Shown in pieces: positions 1 through 8,117 of a stretch of DNA of 19,821 nucleotides. Each line of letters begins with the position of its first letter. The first letter of the stretch is position 1. Both the position numbers and the translations under genes were made by a program. A model generated the notes under the pieces. That model was not told where the DNA came from. It made no database searches and worked only from the letters and a program-made list of their open reading frames with translations. Origin of the DNA: Candidatus Bipolaricaulia bacterium (GTDB lineage Bacteria; Bipolaricaulota; Bipolaricaulia; JBHIAT01). The stretch covers positions 1 to 19,821 of the forward strand of contig JBHIAT010000057.1 in the NCBI GenBank assembly GCA_046758705.1, written 5' to 3'.

Positions 1-1804
1 TTAGGCTCTTCAGTTGATCGACCATCCTTGTCAGCACGCCGAACGTCTGTTCCACCGGTTCCGGTGACGTCAAATCCACACCCGCCTGCTTGAGCGCGTC
101 CAGCGGGTAGAGCGAGCTGCCTGCCTTCAGGAACTCCAGGTAGCCCTCTGCCGCGCCCGGTTCACCGGCCAACACCCGCTCGGCCAGCGCGTGCGCCCCG
201 GAAATGCCCGTGGCGTACTGGTACACGTAGAAGTTGGCATAGAGGTGTGTGGGAAACTGTGCCCACGTGATGCCGACGCGGTCGGGGTCAACCTCCACCT
301 CGTCACCGTAGCCTTCACGGAAAAGGTCGGTCATCAGCGTTATCAGGCTTTCGGCGGTCAGCGCTTCACCGCGCTCCACGCGCTCGTGGATCTCAAGCTC
401 GAAGCGAGCCAGGGTCGGCATGATGAAGAAGTAACGGTAAAAGTTCGACATCGCCTCTTCGATCACGGCGATCTGGAAGTCGGGATCGCTGTTGGTCTTC
501 AGCAAGTAATCCCGCACGAGTGCCTGGTTGAAGTTCGAGGCCACCTCGGCGGCGAAGATCGAGTAATGGGCGTACACAAACGGCTGGGTCTGCCACGTGT
601 AATATGAGTGCATCGAGTGACCTAGCTCGTGAGCCAGCGTGCTCATGCTGAACAGGTCGTCGGTGTAGCTCATCAAGATGAAGGGGTGTGTCCCCGGCCT
701 GCCACTCGAAAACGCACCGGCACGCTTGCCCTTGTTGGGGTAGATGTCCACCCAGCGTTGCTCCAACACGCCGCGTTGCAGGGTGTTGACGTATTCGACC
801 TCCAGCGGTTGCATTCCTTTCGAGATCCACTCGACCGTTTGTTCGAACGGCACATGCGGCTCCTTCGTCGTCAGCGGTGCCTTGATATCGTAGACATGGA
901 GCGTATCGTAACCCAGCGCCTGCCGTCGGATACGCCAGTAGCGGTGCCAGATCGGCAGATGTTTTCGGTAAGTCTCTATCAGATTGTGAAACACCTCGAC
1001 GGGAATGTGATTTGGGGTGAGGGCTGCTTCCAGTGACGAATTGTAATGCCGTGTGCGGGCCATGAACACGTGTTGTTTAACGCCCGTCGCGATGCAATTT
1101 GCCATCGTGTTCTTGACGGCCAGGTGCGCATCAGCGTAGTTTTCCCAGGCAGTGTGGCGCACCTCGCGGTCAGGGTCGGTGAGCAGCTTCCAGATGTTGC
1201 CCTGCGCTATCTCGATGGGTTCGGATTCGTTCGCGGTGGCGTGAGCGGAACGGAAGGTGAGATCAGCGTCAGCGAGGATACCGTGGATCGCCGAAGCGGT
1301 ACGGAACGGGTCGATCACTTGGCTCAACAGCTCCTCGACCTCCGTCGAGCACACATGGGCTTGTTGACGCTCAAGCTGATCGAAATAATGCTCGTAGATA
1401 GCGAGGCGCGGCTCCTCTTGTGTCCAGCGACGTAGCGTATCAAAGCTGATCGTCAGCATTTCGGGATCGGCGAATGCGATCGTGCCTATGACGCGGGCGT
1501 AAAGTCCCTGTGCGCGGTCGTTCTTGGCAGTCGCGGCTTGGTCAGTGGTGTCCGCATTGTGGTGCATGCTGGCGTACACCATGATCTTGCCCAGGCTTTG
1601 CAATACCTGCTCCGCGGTGTCGAACCAATCGGCCAGGGTCGTGGAGCTGTCGCCGAGATGCCCTTTAAAGCGGGACAGATCAGGCAATTGCTCGGTGACT
1701 CGCTGGATCTTGGCTTCCCAGGCCTCGTCTGAGGGGAACACACTGGCGACGTCCCAGGTGTGTTCGAGTGCGATTTCGCTACGCAGTGGGATGGTCTTTG
1801 CCAT
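1..1804 (-). CDS. pepF: Oligoendopeptidase F (peptidase M3B), 3' end runs off the window
   Basis: Absent from the ORF track (no stop in the window). ATG at 1804 behind AAAGGAG reads [29 protein letters not shown]. Zinc motif [12 protein letters not shown] at ~606-640. C-terminal [27 protein letters not shown] is in the same frame. About 600 codons. Confidence 0.95.
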   Translation of the reverse strand, partial: MAKTIPLRSEIALEHTWDVASVFPSDEAWEAKIQRVTEQLPDLSRFKGHLGDSSTTLADWFDTAEQVLQSLGKIMVYASMHHNADTTDQAATAKNDRAQGLYARVIGTIAFADPEMLTISFDTLRRWTQEEPRLAIYEHYFDQLERQQAHVCSTEVEELLSQVIDPFRTASAIHGILADADLTFRSAHATANESEPIEIAQGNIWKLLTDPDREVRHTAWENYADAHLAVKNTMANCIATGVKQHVFMARTRHYNSSLEAALTPNHIPVEVFHNLIETYRKHLPIWHRYWRIRRQALGYDTLHVYDIKAPLTTKEPHVPFEQTVEWISKGMQPLEVEYVNTLQRGVLEQRWVDIYPNKGKRAGAFSSGRPGTHPFILMSYTDDLFSMSTLAHELGHSMHSYYTWQTQPFVYAHYSIFAAEVASNFNQALVRDYLLKTNSDPDFQIAVIEEAMSNFYRYFFIMPTLARFELEIHERVERGEALTAESLITLMTDLFREGYGDEVEVDPDRVGITWAQFPTHLYANFYVYQYATGISGAHALAERVLAGEPGAAEGYLEFLKAGSSLYPLDALKQAGVDLTSPEPVEQTFGVLTRMVDQLKSL

Positions 1805-1855
1805 ATTGATCTCCTTTGTCGGGTGGTCGGGTGAACTTTCAGCTGTCAGCTATTC

Positions 1856-1884
1856 AGTATGATAGAAACCTGAACCATGAGCAA
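1856..1884 (-). promoter_or_regulatory. Putative sigma70 promoter of pepF
   Basis: TTGCTC (1884-1879), 17-nt spacer, CATACT (1861-1856), about 50 nt upstream of the ATG. Confidence 0.4.
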
Positions 1885-1964
1885 GTTTTCCACGAAAAAG
1901 CATGGTACTTCGGCTTTCAGAACTCAGTTCTGTTCCGGGAGGACCCACAGAGGCGAGCGGGTGG

Positions 1965-2801
1965 TTAGCGATCCTGGGCAGGTTGAATCTCGCCTGGCAC
2001 ACCCGTTATCCGGGTCAGTGGCGTGCCGCTGCCCCCACGATGGCAAGCGATAATCTCGGCGATGATGCTGACCGCGATCTCTTCAGGGGTGATGGCACCT
2101 AAGTCCAGACCGGCGGGCGTGTGGAGTCGTTCCAACTGTTCTGAGCTCGCACCGCGGTCCTGCAACCGCTTCCAGATGAGTTTCGCGCGCTTAGCGCTGG
2201 CGACCAACGCCACATAACGCACATCGGCGTTCAGCGCCTTTTCCACCGCCAGGTGATCGGTCGCTTGATGGGCAGCGACCACCATGTAGGTGTTCTGGTC
2301 AAGCTCCAGTGCGCTAAAATCTGGATCCTCAGTGATCAAGTGACAGGAAGCAGGGAATGACTCGGGCTTGGCTCGGGGATCGTCTACCGTGATGGCAAAC
2401 CCCAACAATTCGCCCAGGTGGGCTAAGCTCTCTACAATCCGTCCATGGCCGAGCAACACCAATTGAGATGGCTTCAATTGCGGCTCCACGTATACGCGCA
2501 TCGTTCCACCACAGGGCATACCGGCCCCCAGCACCTCGTCATCGAGATCCACCTCCACGATCCGAGTTTGTCCGTCTCGGATACTGGCGACAGCGGCTTG
2601 CGAGACCATAGACTCAGCGCAGCCGCCACCGACCCAACCGTGCAAGTTTTGGCCGTTGGCGTCGAAGATGGCCTTTGCGCCAGGCTTGGCCGAGGCCGAC
2701 CCCCGTATTTCAACTACGGTCGCCAACGCGCAGGGGACACCTTGCTGCTGTAACCGTTGTAACACATCAATCCACTTTGTGTCCATCACTTTACTTGGCA
2801 T
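1965..2801 (-). CDS. xdhC: XdhC/CoxI-family molybdenum hydroxylase maturation factor
   Basis: ALATVVEIRGSASAKPGAKA, GWVGGGCAE, GMPCGGTMRVYVEP, LHTPAGLDLGAITPEEIAVSIIAEI. Start placed at ATG 2801 (TAATG overlap with the upstream stop); ATG 2786 is an alternative. Confidence 0.92.
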   Translation of the reverse strand: MPSKVMDTKWIDVLQRLQQQGVPCALATVVEIRGSASAKPGAKAIFDANGQNLHGWVGGGCAESMVSQAAVASIRDGQTRIVEVDLDDEVLGAGMPCGGTMRVYVEPQLKPSQLVLLGHGRIVESLAHLGELLGFAITVDDPRAKPESFPASCHLITEDPDFSALELDQNTYMVVAAHQATDHLAVEKALNADVRYVALVASAKRAKLIWKRLQDRGASSEQLERLHTPAGLDLGAITPEEIAVSIIAEIIACHRGGSGTPLTRITGVPGEIQPAQDR

Positions 2802-3313
2802 TACCCATCGCGAAGCCGTCGTGCGGCATCCTGAACTGCGGTGATGATTGGCTGATAGCCTGTGCAGCGACATAGATTCCCTGAAAGCGCCTCACGAATC
2901 TCCGCCTCACTCGGGTCAGGATTTCGCTCCAGGAAGTCCAACGCGGTCAGCAAGAAACCCGGCGTGCAAAAGCCGCACTGTAGAGCGAAGTGCTCCCAAA
3001 ACGCTTGCTGTAGCGGATGCAATTGTTCACCTTGAGCCAGATCCTCTACGGTGCGCACACGGTGGCCATCCACTTGCACCGCATACGTCAAGCACGAACG
3101 CACCGGTTGGTCGTCCAGCAGTATGGTGCATGCCCCGCACACACCGTGCTCACAGCCCAAGTGGGTGCCGGTTAGGCCCAACTCTCCGCGGAGGAAGTCG
3201 GCCAATGTCAAGCGCGGCTCCACCGCGCGGCGATATTCCGTGTCGTTGACCGTCACACGGATCGTTCTCGGCTCTATGGCGGTTGCTTCAGGCTCAGACT
3301 CAGGTTGAGCCAT
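2801..3313 (-). CDS. Mo-hydroxylase small subunit, two [2Fe-2S] clusters (CoxS/CutS-like)
   Basis: CEHGVCGAC...SC and QCGFCTPG...NLCRCTGY motifs. ATG 3313 follows GGAGGT. Confidence 0.95.
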   Translation of the reverse strand: MAQPESEPEATAIEPRTIRVTVNDTEYRRAVEPRLTLADFLRGELGLTGTHLGCEHGVCGACTILLDDQPVRSCLTYAVQVDGHRVRTVEDLAQGEQLHPLQQAFWEHFALQCGFCTPGFLLTALDFLERNPDPSEAEIREALSGNLCRCTGYQPIITAVQDAARRLRDG

Positions 3314-4193
3314 CGGTTCCACCTCCGTTCACGCGTGCGGCGGCGATCGCCAGCGCCCGACCCACAAGCACCGTGGCCAGATGGCGGCGGTAATCCACCG
3401 AGGCATGGAGGTCTCCCTCAGGATCGATCTCCTCGCCGGCGTGGTTTGCCGCCGCTTCGAATAGTGCTTCATCGGGGGGGCTTCCGTTTAGCAGGGCTTC
3501 AGCGTTGTAGGCACGCACCGGCGTCGGGCCAACGCCGATGAGCGCCAGGCGTGCATCGGTACAGATTCCGGCTTCATCGAGCGTCAACCGCGCGGCCACT
3601 CCCGCCAACGCAAAGTCGCCGTGCCGTCGACTCAGCTCGACAAACGCCCACCCCGACCTCTCGGGCCACGGGGGCAGTCGAACTTCAACCAGCAACTCGT
3701 CGGGCTCGAGGCTGGTGGTCAGGTAAGTCAGGAAGAAATCTTCCGGACTCAGCACGCGCAGTCCTTCCCTAGCACGTTGCACCACCAGTTCGGCTTCCAC
3801 AGCAGCCACCAGCGCAGGCCATTCCGCCGCAGGGTCCGCATGGACCAGACTGCCGCCGACCGTCCCTCGGTTGCGGATCGCTCGATGTCCAATCAATGGG
3901 ATCGTCTCAACCACCAAGGGTTGGCGTTCCTGAAGCGTGGGGTCGTCTTCCAACGTGCTCTGGCGCGTCAGTGCGCCTAAGACCAGCCAACCATTCTGTT
4001 CTCGTTGGTAGTCCAGCGCTTCGATACGATTGAGATCGATGATGACACCCGGGGTTGCCATGCGCATATTCAACAATGGGCCCAGACTTTGTCCCCCGGC
4101 GAGGAGTTTGGCATCGTCCCCGTACTGGTTGAGAAGATCGAGCGCTTCTTCCACACTTCGGGGATCAAAGTAGGCAAATGGCGCCGGCTTCAT
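3300..4193 (-). CDS. Mo-hydroxylase medium FAD-binding subunit (CoxM/CutM-like)
   Basis: MKPAPFAY, LAGGQSL, IRNRGTVGGSLVHADPAAE, RRHGDFALAG; 297 aa. Confidence 0.95.
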   Translation of the reverse strand: MKPAPFAYFDPRSVEEALDLLNQYGDDAKLLAGGQSLGPLLNMRMATPGVIIDLNRIEALDYQREQNGWLVLGALTRQSTLEDDPTLQERQPLVVETIPLIGHRAIRNRGTVGGSLVHADPAAEWPALVAAVEAELVVQRAREGLRVLSPEDFFLTYLTTSLEPDELLVEVRLPPWPERSGWAFVELSRRHGDFALAGVAARLTLDEAGICTDARLALIGVGPTPVRAYNAEALLNGSPPDEALFEAAANHAGEEIDPEGDLHASVDYRRHLATVLVGRALAIAAARVNGGGTDGST

Positions 4194-4669
4194 TGGCGCT
4201 CCTCACTTTCCTTTTCCCGTTCATGTGGCTCGGCCAGCTCGTGATCCAGTGTTTTGAAGAACTGTCCCACCAGAAACTTGGCCACACCGCTCATGATGCG
4301 CTGACCCACGCCGGCGATCTTACCGCCCACCTCGGCGTGTCCCTGATAAACCAGCCGGGTGGACGCCTCGCCAGGTTCCAGATCGAGTTGCCCGTGGGCG
4401 TGCACGAAACCGTTGGCTCCTTCGCCGTTGATGTCGAGTATCAGGTGTTGAGGGGGAGCCATCTCGGTCATACGGACTTGTCCCGCAAAGCGGCCTTTAA
4501 CGGCGGCTACGCCGATCTCAAGTACAGCCTGATAGACTCCTTCTTCCACAAGTTCCAATTGCTTGCAGCCGGGTATACAGCGCTGCAGCACGGTCGGATC
4601 AGTCAGCGCTTCCCACACGCGCTCAGGTGTAGCGTTGAGGCGTTGCTCACCGTTTAGGGTTAAGTCCAT
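4190..4669 (-). CDS. coxG: CoxG-family (SRPBCC) accessory protein, soluble domain only
   Basis: VWEALTDPTVLQRCIPGC, VGGKIAGVGQRIM, FFKTL. ATGA overlap with the FAD subunit gene. Confidence 0.88.
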   Translation of the reverse strand: MDLTLNGEQRLNATPERVWEALTDPTVLQRCIPGCKQLELVEEGVYQAVLEIGVAAVKGRFAGQVRMTEMAPPQHLILDINGEGANGFVHAHGQLDLEPGEASTRLVYQGHAEVGGKIAGVGQRIMSGVAKFLVGQFFKTLDHELAEPHEREKESEERQ

Positions 4670-4698
4670 ACCCCCACCCCCATTCTTCCTCGACAGGG

Positions 4699-5889
4699 TT
4701 AGACGACACCCGGTTGCTGCAATCTTGCGATCTCTTCCGGCGTATAGCCTAGCTCACCCAGGATCTCTTCCGTGTGTTGTCCCAACAGCGGAGGCGCATG
4801 GTAGATGCCGACCTCCGATTGCGAGAACCTTAGGGGAGGGTTTGGCAGTGACACCGACTCAAGCGTCGGGTGAGCCACCTGATGAAGCAGGCTGCGCACC
4901 CGGGCTTGGGGTGTATTCAGGGCGGTAGCGAGATCGTTCACCGGGGCCACCGGGACGTCGTGAGTTTGCAGGCACTCGATCCAATCCGTTGTGGGACGGC
5001 TCTGGAACAGCGGCTCCAGGATCTCCCCCACCAGCGATGAACGATGCGTCACCCGGTTTGCATTGGTAGCAAAACGCGGGTCTGTGGCCAGGTCTTCCCG
5101 CTCGATTGCCCGGCAGAAACGGGTCCAGATCGCTTCACTGGCCACCGCCACCACGACGTGCCCGTCTTGGGTCTCAAACGCCTGGTAAGGCACAATGGTG
5201 GGATGTTGGGAACCGAGCTTCGTTGGGCTCTGCCCACTGACCAGGTAATACTGCGCCATATAGCACAGTGAAGCCAGTGCAACATCATACATCGCGATCT
5301 CCAGGTACTGGCCGTGCCCATCGCGCGCCCGCGCCCAGAGTGCCGCTAAGATCCCCTGCACCGCGTAATGCGCGGCAAGTAGATCCAAGATGGCCACTCC
5401 AATGCGTACCGGGGCCCCATCCGGCTCACCCGTGATGCTCATCCAGCCGCTCTCCGCCTGCAAAATCAGGTCATAAGCAGGTTTGTGAGCAGCCGGTCCC
5501 GAATTGCCGTAACCTGTGATAGAACAGTGCACGAGATTGGAATTCATCTCCCGTAGAGATTCCTTGGAGAGTTCCAACCGTGCTAGCGAACCCGCACGGA
5601 AATTTTCTATCAAAATATCGCTTTTTTCAACCAATTGAGTGAAGATCTCCCGGCCCTGTGGATCCCTAAGGTTCAGCGTCAGGCCCCGCTTGTTGCGGTT
5701 GATGCTGAGATAGTAGGCACTTTGGTCTCCCTGATATGGCGGCCCCCAGCCGCGTGTCTGATCCCCTACGCCGGGTTGCTCCACCTTCACGACATCTGCC
5801 CCGAGATCACCCAGCATCATGGCTGCATAGGGTCCTGCCAACACGCGTGACGCATCCAATACGCGAACACCTTCCAGAGGTCTGTTCAT
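4699..5889 (-). CDS. Class III CoA-transferase (CaiB/BaiF/Frc family)
   Basis: PLEGVRVLDASRVLAGP, LGADVVKVE, NRNKRG, ENFRAG, catalytic Asp in AYDLILQAESG, PPLLGQHT. Start at ATG 5889 (ATGA overlap, AGGAGG upstream). Confidence 0.95.
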   Translation of the reverse strand: MNRPLEGVRVLDASRVLAGPYAAMMLGDLGADVVKVEQPGVGDQTRGWGPPYQGDQSAYYLSINRNKRGLTLNLRDPQGREIFTQLVEKSDILIENFRAGSLARLELSKESLREMNSNLVHCSITGYGNSGPAAHKPAYDLILQAESGWMSITGEPDGAPVRIGVAILDLLAAHYAVQGILAALWARARDGHGQYLEIAMYDVALASLCYMAQYYLVSGQSPTKLGSQHPTIVPYQAFETQDGHVVVAVASEAIWTRFCRAIEREDLATDPRFATNANRVTHRSSLVGEILEPLFQSRPTTDWIECLQTHDVPVAPVNDLATALNTPQARVRSLLHQVAHPTLESVSLPNPPLRFSQSEVGIYHAPPLLGQHTEEILGELGYTPEEIARLQQPGVV

Positions 5890-8117
5890 CCTTCCTCCTC
5901 GTCCACCTGGAGCCAGCGCCACACACGTTCCGGAGTCAACGGCAACCGATCGACTCGTCGCCCGGCGGGTCCCAAGGCGTCAGCCACGGCATTGGCCAAT
6001 GCCGCACCCATGCCTGCGATGCCACACTCGCCAGCTCCCTTGACCCCTAGCGGATTCAGCGGTGAAGGAGAACGTTCCAGACGCTGGAGCGTTACCGGCG
6101 GCAGCTCAGCGGCGGTGGGGAGCAGATAGTCCATGAACGTGCCGCTGATCAGTTGACCGGTGGTGTCATAGACCAGTTCCTCTAGCAGCGCCCCCCCCAG
6201 CCCCTGTGCAACCCCTCCCTGGATCTGGCCAGTGACCATCTGAGGGTTGATCACATTCCCCACATCGTAAACGACCCAAACGTGCGTGGGGGTCACTTCT
6301 CCAGTGCGTGTATCCATCTCCACTTGGGCCACGACCACACCGTGGGAATAAGTCATCCGTTCGGTGTGGAAGTAGCAGGTGGACTCCAAGCTGGGTTCCT
6401 CACCCGGGGCGCAGTCGTGGGGTCCGGCTCGGGCGGCCAGACGCAGCAGCTTGTCGCGCACCTGTTGAGCTGCCTGATATACAGCGTTGCCGGCCAGCAC
6501 GGTCGTGCGACTGGCGAAGCTACCCACGCTGTAAGGGATCAAATCGGTGTCCCCGTGTTGTACACTGATCTCCTCGGGGGGGACCCCCAACACCTGGGCA
6601 GCGATCTGGGCCAGTACAGTCTCCAGCCCTTGACCGACACTGGATGCGCCGGTACTGACGACCACATGACCGCTGGGATCTATCGCTACCCGCGCCCCTT
6701 CAAATGGGCCCAGGCCGGTCTTCTCCACGAAGCAAGCGAGCCCCAAACCGATCCGGCGAACTCCACCTTTCCGCTCCCGTTGCTGGTGCACTTGATAATC
6801 GCATAAATTCAGGGCTTCGCGCAACGCATAGGGATAATCCCCGCTATCGTAGACGATCTCCTCCCCCAAAGAATGCGTGCCCGGTCGGTAGGGCAACTCT
6901 TCAGGCAGGAGCAGATTCTTCATGCGAAGCTCGGCTGGGTCCAACCCCAGCTCGCCGGCGGCCAAGTCCAGCAGCCGCTCACGCGCGGCATTGGTCTCAA
7001 AGCGTCCTGGGGCACGATAGGTCCCTGTGGGAGTCTTATTGGTGAGCACGCACCGCACGTCACCGCGGTAGTTGGGCAGGCGATAAGGGCCGGGAAACAT
7101 CCCTGCGCTCAGCTCGGGCACGATTACGCCATGGGTGCGGATGTAGGCTCCCATGTCGTTGACCAGACGCAACCGAGCGCCCAGCAGCGTGCCGTCACGC
7201 CGCAGCGCCAGCTCCATGTGGTAAACCTGTTGACGTGAATGATTGCAGGCGACCAGGTGCTCCAGGCGGTCCTCGATCCATTTGATCGGTCGACCTAAGC
7301 GTAGCGCAGCAAATGGAATCAGAAAATCTTCAGGGTAGAACTCCCCACGCACCCCAAAGCTCCCGCCCACGTCCGGTTCGATGAACTGGATGCGGTGCTC
7401 AGGCAACCTCAACATGCGGGCCAAGATCCCTCGGTTGAAGTGGGGAACCTTGGTAGGCCCCCACACACGCAACCGGTCCCGGCTTTCGTCATAGAGGGCG
7501 ACTAACCCGCGGGTCTCCAGCGGCATGCCGGTGTGTCGACCTGTGGCAAAGCGTGCCTTGACGACGTGATCCGCTTCAGCAAAGGCCTGTTCCACGTCTC
7601 CGCGTTCCATCACGAAGTGCGAGGCCACGTTGTCCAGCGCAGCCTCGTGTAACGCAGCCGCCGGGGGGGCGGCCTCAGGGTTGACGACAGCCGGCAGGGG
7701 TTCATACTCGACGTGTATGGTCTCTAAGGCATCCTCGGCCCGATAGCGGCTCTCTGCGACCACCAGTGCCACCGGTTCGCCTACATAGCGGACGCGGTTA
7801 TGCGCTAACGGATACTGCAGAAACGGCTTAAGTGAACCGTAGGGGTTGAGGCGCACCGGGATCGGTTGTGCCCACTCCGATATATCCTCAAAAGCAAAGG
7901 CGGCCACCACGCCCGACAACCGCCGCGTTTCACTTAGATCGATGTCCGTAATACGAGCGTGGGCATGTGGACTGCGCACCACGGTCGCGTGGAGCAGGTG
8001 GGGCAGTTGTACGTCATCGACGAAACATCCCTGTCCTTTAATCAGGCGAGGGTCCTCAAGCCGTTTGATCGCCGCGCCGATGACCGCATTGGATCGCACA
8101 CGATCACTGGTGTTCAA
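5886..8117 (-). CDS. Xanthine-oxidase-family molybdopterin large subunit (L1, TYRAPGR loop)
   Basis: RLEDPRLIKGQG, RSPHAHA, DVGGSFGVRG, TYRAPGR, GQGLET, GSFASR, QIQGGVAQGLG, KGAGECG. TTG start with GGAGG overlaps the upstream stop (TTGA). Confidence 0.93.
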   Translation of the reverse strand: MNTSDRVRSNAVIGAAIKRLEDPRLIKGQGCFVDDVQLPHLLHATVVRSPHAHARITDIDLSETRRLSGVVAAFAFEDISEWAQPIPVRLNPYGSLKPFLQYPLAHNRVRYVGEPVALVVAESRYRAEDALETIHVEYEPLPAVVNPEAAPPAAALHEAALDNVASHFVMERGDVEQAFAEADHVVKARFATGRHTGMPLETRGLVALYDESRDRLRVWGPTKVPHFNRGILARMLRLPEHRIQFIEPDVGGSFGVRGEFYPEDFLIPFAALRLGRPIKWIEDRLEHLVACNHSRQQVYHMELALRRDGTLLGARLRLVNDMGAYIRTHGVIVPELSAGMFPGPYRLPNYRGDVRCVLTNKTPTGTYRAPGRFETNAARERLLDLAAGELGLDPAELRMKNLLLPEELPYRPGTHSLGEEIVYDSGDYPYALREALNLCDYQVHQQRERKGGVRRIGLGLACFVEKTGLGPFEGARVAIDPSGHVVVSTGASSVGQGLETVLAQIAAQVLGVPPEEISVQHGDTDLIPYSVGSFASRTTVLAGNAVYQAAQQVRDKLLRLAARAGPHDCAPGEEPSLESTCYFHTERMTYSHGVVVAQVEMDTRTGEVTPTHVWVVYDVGNVINPQMVTGQIQGGVAQGLGGALLEELVYDTTGQLISGTFMDYLLPTAAELPPVTLQRLERSPSPLNPLGVKGAGECGIAGMGAALANAVADALGPAGRRVDRLPLTPERVWRWLQVDEEEG

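Noticed and set aside
2802-2873. Longer ORF-track starts (xdhC 2873, CoA-transferase 5922, folB/X 18855, small subunit 3322)
   Set aside because: The extensions overlap upstream genes; downstream ATGs have an RBS or stop-start coupling.
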